From contig CM082589.2 of assembly GCA_040954595.2 (NCBI GenBank), forward strand, positions 2,101,498-2,165,497: DNA of 64,000 nucleotides, given 5' to 3'. Shown piece by piece: positions 10,314-23,800 of this stretch (positions are counted from its first letter, which is position 1; every line of letters begins with the position of its first letter). The DNA is from Balanoglossus misakiensis (lineage: Eukaryota > Animalia > Hemichordata). A model generated the notes under the pieces. It saw only the letters and a program-made list of their open reading frames with translations, was not told the DNA's origin and did no database searches. The position numbers were made by a program, and so were the translations under genes.

Positions 10314-12173
10314 TTAGACCATGCCGGAAGTCGTCTCGCTTGGGTTTTTCCGGTTAGCCATCGTGACAGTTGTACTGGCACAGTCTCTCATCGTGTAGGC
10401 CTGGCGACATTTGTGGTATTTCTTCCTGCATAGTATTTTCTTGAAAGCCATTTTGAATTGCGTGTTGCAGAACGGGTAGAGCAACGGGTTCAAGGTCGAG
10501 TTTAGCCACAGGATCCAGAAGGAGAAATCGTAGACGACACTGTTGATGCAGTTCCCGCAGATGCTCTGAATGAGATTCAGAAGTTGGTAGGGAGTCCAGC
10601 ACAGCACAAATGATCCTACGATGATGACCAACGACTTGGCGAGTTTCTTATCACGTGAGAGTCTCCGCCGCACGGCCTGTTGTGAAGATGCGGCCAATTT
10701 GGCCATGTGGTCGCTCTCTTGAGTTTTCTTTTGGTAAGAGGCGGGATCCACGACCGTCGTGTTAATGGTCGGCGCCGACAGACTTTTGTTCAACGGTTCA
10801 TTGATAGTGACACTCAAAAGTGAACCCCGGCGCGGCACATCCTGGCCGTTTTTCAGTCTTATCTTCGGAGACAGGCAGCTTTTGAACTCGCCCGGTATTG
10901 CGGCGACGGAGTTCGTCTGATTCTCACCGACTGTTCGGTGGTTCAAGTTATTCATGCGGATCTGTTCGTACATTCCCGGGACCTGGAGTGCGTTCTTCGG
11001 GAGCAGGGCCTTCTGCTGTTCGTGGTCTTCGGAATTATTGTTGGCACCCTCCTCTGTGTCCATGTCTCCACAACTAGTGCTCTCCTCTTTGATATCTTCG
11101 ATGAAGAGCTTAGCCTTGCCCTCTGCTGGAGTGAGCATGCTATTGCGCTCAGTTGTCTGCGACGATTCGCTCTCATTGGACACTTTGGAGAATGTCGTCG
11201 TCGTCGAGATTTGCGTCGGCGCCCTTTTCAGCGACTTTATCGTCCGCTTGCGGATGTTCATAAATATGCTGATGTTGAAATAGAACACCAAACACAACGG
11301 AAAGAAAAACTCCATAAAGGTTTGAGTGAGCGTGATGGGGAAGTTGTCCGCAAACCCAGGGTAGCACTGCCCTTCTTTAATGGTGTCCCCCGCCACGAAA
11401 TATTCCCAGCCGAACACAGTTGGCCCGTAGAACAGCACGGGGATGATCCAGGCGAGTGACATTTTGAAGATGGTGGTCTTCAGGTTATTCTGCGTGCGGT
11501 ACTTTATTGCTCGCGTCACAGAACAGTACCTGTCAAAGGTGATGAGGACAACACTGAATAGCGACGAGCAACAAAGCGTGTAGTCGACGAAAACCCAGAA
11601 TTTGCAAAGCTCGTCTCCCAGCACCCATTTCCCGAAGAGCACGTAGGGGACGCACAGGGGGATGGAAAAACTCCCGACGAACAAGTCTGCGATGGAGAGG
11701 TTCAGTATGTAAAAATTTGACCACGTCCGAAGTTTCTTTTCTCTGGAAAAAGCGATAATCACCAAAACGTTACCGAACGTTGTAAGTCCGATGACTATCA
11801 GGGTTAGGATGAGAATACACGTCGACAAGACTGGTGAGTAGACCAGCCAGCTTTCTCCCTGGCTGTCGAAGTCGACGCACGAGCTGTTGATGGTGGACAG
11901 GGAGCTGTACTCCTCCGTAGTCAGAGGGTAGGTGAATTCTAACGGTTTGCTGGATGCCGCCGCATACCCAAACACCTCTCCCTTTGTAAGGTGTAATTGC
12001 GCGGTGAGAAGGGTTAGATAGCTGGCCGACATCGCCTCCTGCGATGTCGGGTCTGCCGGGAAGTCTGGCGGCATGGTCCCGTTGGTAGCTGCCGTGAAAG
12101 AGGCCGACGACGCCGTCACATTGATGCCGGTGTATGACGACAGGCCCGCTGCAGAAGTACTGTTCGTATCCAT
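10314..12173 (-). CDS. HRH3: Class A aminergic GPCR, histamine H3/H4 receptor-like, 619 aa, single coding exon
   Basis: Seven TM segments with GNVLV, NLSIADLFVG, CKFWVFVDYTLC (D3.32, Y3.33, C3.36), DRYCSVTRAIKYR, TFMEFFFP (E5.46), RLSRDKKLAKSL, CWTPY, FWILWLNSTLNPLLYP (W7.43). These match H3/H4 signatures, e.g. human H3R RLSRDRKVAKSL and FWLLWANSAVNPVLYP. An in-frame TGA upstream of ATG 12173 fixes the start. The symbol means HRH3/HRH4 co-ortholog-like. Confidence 0.92.
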   Translation of the reverse strand: MDTNSTSAAGLSSYTGINVTASSASFTAATNGTMPPDFPADPTSQEAMSASYLTLLTAQLHLTKGEVFGYAAASSKPLEFTYPLTTEEYSSLSTINSSCVDFDSQGESWLVYSPVLSTCILILTLIVIGLTTFGNVLVIIAFSREKKLRTWSNFYILNLSIADLFVGSFSIPLCVPYVLFGKWVLGDELCKFWVFVDYTLCCSSLFSVVLITFDRYCSVTRAIKYRTQNNLKTTIFKMSLAWIIPVLFYGPTVFGWEYFVAGDTIKEGQCYPGFADNFPITLTQTFMEFFFPLCLVFYFNISIFMNIRKRTIKSLKRAPTQISTTTTFSKVSNESESSQTTERNSMLTPAEGKAKLFIEDIKEESTSCGDMDTEEGANNNSEDHEQQKALLPKNALQVPGMYEQIRMNNLNHRTVGENQTNSVAAIPGEFKSCLSPKIRLKNGQDVPRRGSLLSVTINEPLNKSLSAPTINTTVVDPASYQKKTQESDHMAKLAASSQQAVRRRLSRDKKLAKSLVIIVGSFVLCWTPYQLLNLIQSICGNCINSVVYDFSFWILWLNSTLNPLLYPFCNTQFKMAFKKILCRKKYHKCRQAYTMRDCASTTVTMANRKNPSETTSGMV

Positions 12174-12350
12174 GCTTTTTCGCCGAGAGCTGTCTCTCGT
12201 TTCATCGAAAACAAAGGAAACCGTTTCCAGTGGCAGTATGTCTCAAACAAATCGTCCGATTGAAGCAGTTAAACCAGTTTTCCAATCTTTCCACACCCTG
12301 ATGTACGTCTCGGCATTCTCACAGTCTGAAACGTGAAGGGGAAGAACAAC
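12174..12350 (-). other. 5' UTR portion of the GPCR coding exon (12174-12325) and its 3' splice acceptor
   Basis: Minus strand reads gttgttcttccccttcacgtttcAG|actgtg: a strong polypyrimidine tract plus CAG ending at 12326, 152 nt upstream of the ATG. Confidence 0.7.
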
Positions 12351-14790
12351 GTTACAACCCTTCTATAACTGACGTGTACATGCACGAGATCCAGGTATCA
12401 ACCGGCGATTCCACTATTTATATATACCTTGAACACCAACAGTGCTCCCTAGCGCTGAGTTCAAATTAACTGCTCCTACTGTAATTGGTTCTCCTTCGAA
12501 ACACGGACACAACTGACGGGCTTTTTTCCACTTTACCCAGGGAGTCTTGTCTGATGGTGTACATTTAATCGAATCACAGACGACTAATTTAATAAGTGGG
12601 GAGCATAAATGTTGTCACGTGAAATGTGACAAGCATGTATATAGTTCGTTTTGTCTGCTGCATTAATATTCGTGTCCTGTTTGAAAGCCTTGTCCTTTCC
12701 TACATCAAAGCAAATCGGTAACTTAATACTCGGAAATCTTATGTAATCCGGTCCAAAAGAGCTGTGAGAACTACAACATGTTTGCAAAGAAAGGAAATTT
12801 GAACCACTCCACAAGAATGTATGAACGTTTTGACATGCACAGGGGCTAGGGTCGTGGCAATATCTTACGGTATATTGAATGAAGCAGTCAATGACCTAAA
12901 ACTGGAAATGTTGTGTACTGCAAGTCATTCCATGACAGGATTTGACAGATATCCAAGGAAAAAGCACAAATATTAAGAAAATATTAAACGTGTCGTTGCT
13001 GAAGATGCTATCGAGTGTTATCGTTGCGTAACTAGCTGTCCCTCCTGATGTAACCACAATTTCCCGTTTTCACCCTTAGAAGAGGGGAGGGAGAGGGGTG
13101 TCGACGACCATTCAAACTACAGTGTTGCAAAACACATAATAATAATAATAATCTTCACTCAAGCAGGAGCCATCAGCATTCAAGTGTATGTTTCCATGGC
13201 TGAAATTGACGAGAGACAATTCTTTGCGCATCTCCTAGGATACACAAATTCTTATTTCCGAATGTTTAATTGTCTACGCCTAATTCGATTTTGTCATTTC
13301 TCTAGCAGCGGAAGCCTCATAACAAATTATCCATATCCGTATTTAAGGGATAATATTACCAGTCAGAACTAAGTGTCCTGTCCATATCTTCTGAAGGTAT
13401 ACTCAAGCTATGTGTCACATGAAGTCTCCAAATTTAGTTAGTGTATGTAGCTGCTAACGTGATCACATTCTGCAGATAGCAGAGTTGATAGTGTAACGAT
13501 TGATGCATGGCCTTACCAGAAGAGCGCCACCAACTATCGTTGTTACTATAAAAAGAGTCCAGAAATCAATCGGTGATGTACCAAGAAAGTCTATAATCTG
13601 CGAGTATCCAAACTGGGTACTAAACATTTCTTGAATTCTTAGAAATGACGATCCAGAAAAAACATAGAGACCATGAAATGGTTTACTTTGTTTCTTATCT
13701 CTCTCTCTTGTAAGATACAAGACGTTAAATCGCACACAGAAATAAAAACAGTGAAATTACCATATATTTAATACTTTGTTTTGAGTGATTATGAACGCAT
13801 CAGTACGTACATATATACAGCGGCGAATTTTCAAAACCCACGCAGAAGACGCGGTATTCAGAATGCATTAAAGTATTTGTTATTGCCAGTATTATGAGCT
13901 GTAGGCAGAGAAATAATACTTATTAAGATAATCCACACGAGATTTGTACAACGTCCAATTCCATCGAACACATTGCAATTCAAAAGTAATAAGGAAAGGC
14001 TTATCATTATTATCTTGGTATTTTTCTACAACATATTTGCCTCTGCCAGAAGCGAGCAAATTATGATACACGTCTGTAACCACAGTGAGCAAGCTCTGAT
14101 AATTTTCTCAATTTCACGGTTAGAAATTTTCGTTGGCTGGTTATGGCGATCGACAGACATTAAGGCGCGATACCCGCGAGTCTGGAGATAATTCCATGTA
14201 CAACATTATTAGTTTTGCCCTAGGCTATAGTACCGTATATGTGGATTAAATTCTCATATACGCAAGTCCATGGCCCAAGCATTTTTTTTCATGACTTGAC
14301 TTATTCATACAAAGTACAGTTTATTAAGGACATCTGCGTTATATTGTATTCGCACACAATCTATCATGCCGCAAAAAAGCTTCATGAAAAAGTACAAGTG
14401 ACCATTTAGCGACTGAACATGCATGACACTCTCCTTGAAACAAAGCTTTAAAAAAAAAAAAAAAGTAGCAAGCTTCAACAAACTCCAGCAATATACACTA
14501 TGTGCATTCGCTGTAAGCCTCCAGGTGATAAGATTTCCCCAATGCGTATTATTATCACATCAATCCAAATGACGTGCACAAAAATCGGAAACACCAACAT
14601 TGAAAACAAGATTACATCAAATGATTAAGTGATCCCTTGTGACAGCTACGGCCTTCAGAAAATAAAAATCTAAACTGGAAAGGTAATTGAACGACTACTT
14701 TTTGTATCCTTGCTTATCATGCATGGAACAATGTCATAACCTTATTACATGTATTGCATGTTTGTGTGTATGTCTGTCTGTATGTTAAGA

Positions 14791-14859
14791 GTATGTATGT
14801 ATGTATGTATGTATGTATGTATGTATGTATGTATGTATGTATGTATGTATGTATGTATG

Positions 14860-14891
<32 letters not shown>

Positions 14892-14892
14892 T
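14791..14892. repeat. (GTAT)n microsatellite, ~25 units, one 2-nt interruption
   Basis: Read directly; explains the spurious MYVC-repeat ORFs 14749..15042 and 14754..14963. Confidence 0.97.
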
Positions 14893-17800
14893 TTTCAGGT
14901 GTTTTTATATCGTACAGAACAGTTCAAAAAGTTACTACCGAAAAAAATTATAAATACTTTTGAAGCACCTAACAAACAACCCCGACTATTTCCATACGCC
15001 TTTGTATTTTATTCGATTGTAAATCTCATTTACGTTTCTTGAGGGGAAATTAAACGGTAACCCTTCGTGCTTTAAAACACAGATTTTACATTAGCTCTCG
15101 CTGTGACCTGAGGCCTTTGATCCAACGACATTTCATACAGAGACGTTTGATATATACGCGTATCCCCCTGATACACATATACATTTATGACACTATACTT
15201 GAAAGACTAGCGACAAAAACATATAGTATACACAATGTAATACAGTAACCCAGCCGACAATACCTTGGAGAGGGACAGCTTAAGTACCCATAGTAAAATC
15301 AATAACAGATTACTTAATAGTCTTTTCACTACCATAAACAAATAAGTGCTTTCTGGGGACAAATGTTCCACTGTTTGAGCACGAGTTGGTTTGTCTGGAG
15401 ATTTTCAGTCGCCAGATTTTGCATTTTTCTATTTTCAATGTTAGAAATAAAGTTGGTAATCCTGTGGTGAATCTAACCTGACACCTGCCAAATGTGATGG
15501 ATATCAAATAGTTTTAAGATAGACGGAAAGTTGAATTTTGTGTACAGTGATAAAACTTGGAGTGTTTCCTGTAACAAATTAAAAATGAATGCACCTGTTT
15601 TGTTTGACGCAACATGGCATCGACGACAAGGTGCTTTAGACTAATATTCGCAAACTAAAAGCATTGGTAGACTAACGTTTTGATTTGGTGAAAGTATGGT
15701 CGCAGTGACTTTAAATCATGTCCATCATCCACAGGCAGTACACGTTAACACGCACATCCTCGCTGTGTGCTGATGCATCTGTCGTGAAATCTGGAGAATT
15801 CCTGCAGTGTCTTCCCAGACACGACTGTAATTTCTCGCAAGAAATTGGCGGTCGTCTGCCGCGAAAAGCCTCGCACGAACATTAGCGCCCATAGCATTGT
15901 TATCCTCTCCACTGGCAGTCCGAGAAGATTGTATGCAAATCAGCCGTGGTAGTAGCAATCTTCATCGAGACCGTCTACGAGAACCAATCAGAGCTTGCGT
16001 GGCAGACACTAACCCACGCTCAATTTGTAAGATATTCTATTAATTCTTCATCTTTGAGATGTGTATAATTGTGCATAATTCGAGTTTTCCACCAGTAGAG
16101 AGCATGTGTGCATACCCCCTGCCTTGATTCGCATTTACCACGAGATAGAAATGGTCGAAGGGGAAGGTTTTTAAAAAAAACTGTGCAATGTTTCCATTAA
16201 TATGCCTGACGTCTACTATGGTATTACGGCGATTTCGTAATAATCTCCTGCCTTAACACCTGTGGAGTACATGCCGGCGGGCATTAGTAAATGCCTGTCA
16301 CCTGAACTTTTCTACGAACTAGCTACCAACTCACATGGAGGTATAAATAATTGCGATGCGATGCATTGGGATAGGACGCAACTACCGAGATACAATTAGC
16401 TGTATACTGTACCAGTGCTGTATTTCCTCAAACACAGCCATGTCTGTATCTTAGCTTGCGCCCTTTCAAGATAAAAACAGACCCACGCAGTGTATTTTTA
16501 AGGGAATTATATAGAAGACAAAGTTCAAATGACCATTAAATTGTGTGCCTTTGCGTCATGAGTGTTTGCGTACGATGAAAATTACGAGTGAAAGGTGTAT
16601 CCGGATACGCTAAACAAAATGTACTCCGTTACCAGATAAATATCGATTTTTTTTGTCATATCCAACCAGAAGATAATAAAAAGTATTATTTAATCCAATA
16701 AAGTCAGCAAGTCTGAGAGCTTTGGTTAAGTGTTTCATCAACAGATAATGCGCCACGTTGGATTAAATTTTGTCTCGCGTGGAGTGACTACGATATCAAA
16801 CAAAGCAACCTGGCTGTGATTATTTAACCCCCACTAGAGATCGAGTTATGTGTGAGTGCACTTTTATTCTGGCGGAGCAGTCAGAATCTGAGCCTGTAAT
16901 TTATTAGCTCTCTGCGTCTATTGTGAATATTTAACATCATTTCGCCGCACCTGTAGTACTAAAATGAATGGTAATTTACTGCTTTGTTGTCGCCAGCAAC
17001 ACTTTTCATAAAGCGACAAAATTTGCGGCTGCTGTCATCTGCGCTGGGAAGTCAGCAACTGAAAAGAAATCTTTGATGTCTGATTTGTGTTGCATGGTGG
17101 GTAATTCAATGAAATGTCCCCGCGCAAGCTCCTGGAAAGGTCAAGCATATCTTCTGACGTGTCAGTGACAATTGGCACCTGAAATGTCACAAGAATTATG
17201 CTCCTGATGCATTTTAGGTCTTTGAAATCGCAACTTTGTCACATTACTAAATTCCCTTCACCTAGCCGAACGTAGTTCTGAATCAGTGACACGGCTTTCA
17301 CAAAGAAAGTACAAAACACGGATTGTATTTTGACCGTCACCTCGTGCAAATGTGTTTAAATTGCATATTATTGTCCCCAGGAGAGAAAGATCGGCACCTT
17401 TCAGGCAAAAATAACTCGCGATGTCCCCCCAAGAAAGAGTTACACTTCTAACAAACTGCAATTTTACGCGCCATGAATACGCATCCTCACGTCATTGCCA
17501 GTTGACAGAATAAAATTAGCTAAATCAATTCCGCCCACGATGAGACAAAATTACCGGAATTGGAGCAATTTATGGGGAAAATTGATGAAGATTGCTTCAT
17601 GGTGGTGCAAATGCACTGTTGTGTCAATTTGACAGTAATACTGAGAAATTGTCACGATTTGCGCAATTGCGATTCTGAGGGGTTAGACCTAACAGCACTG
17701 ACACTATACACACTGTGTATTAGAATGATGCAAAGGGCTGGTGATGACACAAGATTGGCGTAAAATCTCTTCTTTGCTATCGTCAAACCCACCATCTTCA

Positions 17801-20800
17801 AAACAGGGCTACTGAGTGTAACTTCATGCAGGATCATGTCATATGTTGAAAATTCTTCATACATTCAGCATGCTAGGGTACCTGTTTGTCTGTCTGTCTG
17901 TTTGTCTCAACCTCTCAAATTATATTTCGAAAATATGTCTATAAACATCTTCTTCAACACAGACATGTTAACATCCAATGTGTCAAATGTTGCATGACGT
18001 TGCCGTGTTGACTCTGATCATGTAAAAATAATCGTCAGAAAATATATCATACATTAATGATTTTGCACTTTTTTGTAGGCTTTTAGGGTTTCACCAAATG
18101 GTAAGCATCCTCCATGGCAAATTGCCACACTATTTCCGTTTCCGGACATAGATTTTTTCAGCCTGGGATTTGTCAATTGCTTTTGAGTTGTGTTAAGTTG
18201 AACATGGGGCAAAGAAACGTCCATTACCTGTCTTGATGTTGATCGGTGATGCAAGCAACCTAAATTTGATTACTTTTCTTTCAGAAGAGCAACGATAAAA
18301 ACTGGAAATTAAGATGCACAAAAGTCAATTTGCCATTGTGCAGAGATAACACGACTAATTGGAGGCATGAGCTGGTGACATAACTCTTAATTAATGGAGT
18401 CTATAGAGTTGAATGGCTTGTACGATTTTAGAATTTTGAAATGCATTTCTTATACCTCGGTAACTGATTACGGTTGTGCGTGGTCTCATGCAGGTTTTTT
18501 TTCTGTACTTGAAACAGTGTCGCAGCTCCATTGCAAAATTTAACTCTTGCCACGAGCAAATTTGATGCGGTCAAACTATGAATAACGCTAGGTGTGCATG
18601 CGTGATTTTTGTGCAGCTCCAAGTATTAAAGTAACTGCGTTGTGTGCTTTTGGCCCAATTGTGACCCTTACAAAGACATATTCTTGTTCACTTTGAAACA
18701 TCGCTTTCATGGGTTACATTGCACGTTTCTCAAAGAATAATTAGATTCCGTGTGCCCTCGCGAAAACTTAACACCCGTCTTTCAAATTCTACAATGTCAC
18801 CCAGAAAGGTATTTAAGTTTAGGCGCATGAACTTAAGATGCATTGCGTATTTATGAATGGATGAGGGAATGTTGTTTAGGCGAACTCGGATCGCTGTCTC
18901 GCGTTTTATGGGTTAATGCGGCACGCAACTGCATGCGTAAATCAACTGGGAAGTAAGAGGAGTTCGCCGCGTTTGATCTCCGGTCGTTTCAGCCATGAAA
19001 ATATTTCCCGGCAGCCGCCGAGCTTCTGAAAATGTTTAGTTTTTATAGAGGCTACCGGGTTTCAAATGCCTTCTGCAGTCCTGGCACGACAGAATGCCCT
19101 GGTTCCGCGCTGAACGAGTCACCACACATACATGTACCACTGTCTGAAGCAGTACGAAAGATGTAATCGAACGTTGTCTGATAATGAAGAAAATCTCATG
19201 TACAACTCTTTTTGGGGTGAAAGGTTTAAACTGGCAAGTGCAGAGTCTGGAACATTTCTCTTTGTAGCGATTCACACATTCATCATCATTTGGCACAAAT
19301 CCCTGTTTGGCAACACATTAACTCATCTGGGAATATAGTTGACATACGGAATTCAAACTTCAGAGAATATGCGAAATATTTCCACACCGGGTTACGGTTT
19401 CATATACACAAGGGCTTCGACCGTGGTATACTGCCAGAACTACATTTTATCTTTTGCGAAAGGAGATGATGAATGGGTTTTGACGCATTCCACTCATAAC
19501 TATAAAATACTGTACTTGCAAATGGTTTTTTTACTGTATTTACACTTTCTACAGATTAAATATACATACTGACACCCAATCGGCCTGAAAGGGTCACGTG
19601 AATATCTAAAAGTTCCAGCATTTACTTCTAAACTGATTCGTGAGGTATAGTTTGATCACACTATTACATAAGTTATGCGACCAGCATTGAATTGAAAGTT
19701 TGCTGACTGAATAGTCGTTATGCATTGTATAAACTAACTTGCCCTCGCCATAGAACATGCAGAACGTAATTAGTGAAATGATCACCCACGGTTACTGACT
19801 GCAAACGGAACCGAAGTCGTGTAAAGTACCTTTCGTGGAAGTTAAAACGGAACTGACACATATTTTGGCGGGATCTCTCAAAGCCTACGAACCAACAAGC
19901 TTTCCTGTCCTGTTGCATCTAGAAGCTTTCAATAATTACCTGTGGTGCATCTGTTTGCGCAGATGTGGTCATCAGTGGTATTACAGCCATGAATACCAAC
20001 TGAGGATTTCAAAGGACTTACGGGCAATAATATGTACATCTGACGATGTTAGCCAATTTATTAGCACATTGCGGAGAACAGGGGAGTGTATAATACGTTT
20101 CTTTCCGGGCAGGGCGAAATCGAATGAAGCAGAGATTTTCCAGCTGTGAGGACGCCCAGCAGAGTGTGCTATTTTGTACGATTAGCCAAATCATCGACGA
20201 CAGGATCTGCCGATTTTCACAACGACCTTGATGCCAACGCCTGACACAGACCGTACGTCCTCTCAACTCCTACATCGTACATCAATCTCTCCATTCTTTC
20301 ACGTAATCTCTTCCGTGTTCTATAAATTTTATAGGACACGATCATCAGAGTACCCACTAAAGCCAGCTACAAAGGAAACGATCGATACATTACAGTGTAA
20401 GGCATGCAGCTGAAACGATCGACGTTTCCTAGTCTACTTACAAACTACCAGTGCTACAACCTAAACTAATTATCTAACAACAGCGTAGCATTTCTTGTCG
20501 TCGTGACTAGACGTGGCTAAACCTTTAAGAAGACAGCTCAAACTGTACAGCCATTTTCATGTTTGTTTGTTGGAAATGTCTAAGTCCACTCATAATAAAT
20601 CAACACAGACTACACGTTCATGTAAATGTCAACTATTTCTTTGACAAATGCACTATCACGACTCAACTAACAACTACCTAATGCAAATGCACTGTTATGC
20701 ACATGTAATCAAGAATGACAAGACACCATTTTATTGTCATAATCAATTGCAATCTTCTTTTACCAGTCGACAGGGTGACAAAAATGACGATTCATTTTGA

Positions 20801-23800
20801 TTATTTCACAAATCGCGATACATTAAGCAATACATCAATTTGAAAGATATCACAGTGACAGTTCGTCTGGGGTATCACTCTAATATCAGTCGTTAGTGTT
20901 CTAGAAAAACATGGGATTCTAATAGGAAAATGTAGTGATGCTATCAAAAAACTATAGCTATAACACAGAGTATATTTTTCCAGTCGTACCTTAACACTAT
21001 ATAAAGAGACAGAACGAACTAGGCATGCTTGCTGTATCTTTATGCTCAGTAGCTGCATGCGCTGATCTACAGACAATTCGGCAGATTGGCATCATCCCCG
21101 AGGGTGCCATCTTCATTTTGAATGGCCCAAAATTTACGCTCCGTAAACCGTTTCCGCTTGTCGCAATCTGTTATTTTCGCACCCATGGAATTATGCCTGT
21201 TATTAGAGGAACAAGCCAAGCATGATCACCAGTGTATAATTTTCTACTTCAGTGGTCCGGCGTAAAACACATAATAGAATTTGTCAAGGTAAAAATAGCC
21301 TCATATATTTCTTTTCTATTGCAAGTCATAAGCTTCATATTTTGTTTTTTTGATCAGCAAAAGCCGCACCTTCGAAAAATAAATCCAAGTCACACATATG
21401 AGAAGATAAGTTTCTTCCCCCGCAATGAGGTCACCCATTTGGATCGGTATAAATTCTTGTTAACATTTACATCGCAAAACACATGGCACTTTCACGGTTA
21501 TCTAAACCGACTCATCTTGTACCTCACACTTGATGTAAACGCATCAACACCCATGAGAAATGTTTAGACCTCGTTTTGATGCCTCAATCGCTAGACATGT
21601 TATGCAGCAAAATTGTCAACACTTCCAGTTATGTTTGGGTTTGATATCTCCAGTAACGTGGTATGTCCTTGAAGATGCTCGTAATGTTCGTGTGCATATT
21701 TTTACTTCAAAAGTGACAGTGGGCAAACTGTCACTAAACAGAGTGCATTCCCGGCTGATCAACTGTGCTAGAATGCATGTCTTGTTTTATTTCCGTCGCC
21801 ATTATTAATACTCCCAAATTCTAGACAGCTGTCGAGCCTCGTGTTCACTGATTTCGGCAGTGATGACAGTCAAAGATCAATTGCAATTGGACAGTGTTTT
21901 AGTCCCTAAGACCATACATTACCCACAACTAAAAATTTGGCATAATGAAGTTACTACCCTTGTATGTATCTCTTCAAGTTGATCTTTTTGAAACATTGCA
22001 GAACGTTTTAACGGAACAGCACATTTTTGCAAGAACGAAATGTCAGTGTAGTTTTTGTGCCAAAAATACATAATTCCCAGGGCGCCCTCTACCGATATAA
22101 TCATTACATGCGGTTATTGAACTGGCATATTTGTAGTCGTTTGCATACTAGCACGGCATTTTGTCGTCATAGTATTTTCACATGTTCATATAAATGGCAA
22201 CACAGTGGTGTTAAAGCAATTTGTAAACGCCAAAAAGTGACGTGGAAACAAATTACGGTTTAATATTGATGGCATTTCGAATTCCAGTCACATCAACATG
22301 TTTATTTCGGATTCCACAAAATGTCTTTTTGTGCAAGAAGAGTGCAGCAGACAAAAAGAATCTATACATCCATTTATCAATCTGTCAAAAATATGGGTGT
22401 AGTGTCACACATCTATGAATGAAATGCTTGTTCGAGGGTCAATATTTTTCCTGTCTGGCGAGCAGGATAAGGTGCTTATGACGAAGTGTTGATCGAATAC
22501 GACGGACAGCTGCAGACGAGCCGATTGTAAAAAAAGTGTGACGTTGTATCGTTCGTTCGCAGTCTATCATACTGGTTTCCGTTTTTGTGGCATTCGTTAG
22601 ACATAATATGCAAATCATTAACAATCTAAAAGCGCTCTGTCTATTTAGGGGATGAAGTAGCAATGTTTTGATTGGCACACACTCTGGGTAAAGAGCCAAT
22701 CATAACATCACTAAGAATTGCTTTTAGGCACCATGAAAGCGTGCTTCTGATATCGTCCTCAAAAGATAGGCGGTCAATTTAGATGCAAAACATTGTAAAA
22801 ATGTCAACATATGATGACTGGCCTCATAACTGATATCTCCAGACGTCGAAAGACATATCACAGATCATATATAAGTTAAAAAATCGCATGATGGAAACAG
22901 AAGAGGTTTGCATCAATGCTGTGTACCTCGGCATACACCCAGAATTACTATCGATACAGCTTGCTGCAGAATTCACAGCGCTTCGAATTAGGCAGATTGA
23001 ATTAGCCATGCTTACATGCCGTGTGCTCGCGGCATCGTTTGTTTTCTGGCGTTGCCACACGGTGTAATGTGTAGTGCGCCTGTAGATATCAGTAACTGTG
23101 ACGCTCTGAATATTTTACCCACGGTTCAACGACAAAAAAATATGCTGGCGGAATGCCACGAGGCAGAAGACACGCATACTACAGCTAAATCCGATACTTC
23201 ACATGTCCAATTCCCCATAATTGGATGATTCAATGGCATGTGACACATTTCTGCACACATGATGAAATATCTCGTGTTTTTGCTTCAAGTTAAGATGCTC
23301 TGCCTTTGTAGGACGAGGCAAAGTGTGCCACTGTCAGTACTAGTGCCCAGTGCAAAATATGTGGCGAATCTCAGGTGAATGTGAACGTTCTCTGTCAATT
23401 AACTTTTAAAAAGCACAACATCTATCTGAAAAAACCTGGATTTTAAAGAGAAACAAAAAATGTACGTTATACACGTATTGGATAATGGACCCTGGAACTA
23501 TTTTCGAATTATAGTAGTTATACAATTCCATTCCACCATTATCTAACAGCTGTCATCGATTAAAATTATTGAGAAGACAATTTGCTGTCTGTAAAGACAA
23601 CGAGAAACCTGGGGAAGGGAACGTTAGATATCTTTAGGCACGGCAGCTCATAAACAAAGAAAAACCAACACACACAAAAATACGGAACCGGGATGTGGCA
23701 ATCCCAGCTGATATACTTCTTGCCAAGCAAGCAATATTTTTATGCTTCTGATAGCTTTGGTGCATTCCGTATTATATACGAATTAAAATAAATAATCACA

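Noticed and set aside
10677-10927. Cryptic ICL3 intron analogous to vertebrate HRH3 short isoforms (G|GTGAGA donor, cttcacaacAG acceptor before AVRRRLSRD)
   Set aside because: The 251-nt excision would shift the frame, and the in-frame alternative donors are weak.
10354-12336. Overlapping ORFs 10354..10602, 10938..11459, 10954..11283, 12073..12336 and similar
   Set aside because: Shadow frames of the GC-richer GPCR CDS with no independent motifs.
14749-15042. MYVC-repeat proteins
   Set aside because: Translation of the (GTAT)n microsatellite.
18813-18836. Imperfect 24-bp palindrome TTAAGTTTAGGCGCATGAACTTAA
   Set aside because: Two mismatched pairs and AT-rich arms; compatible with chance in 64 kb.
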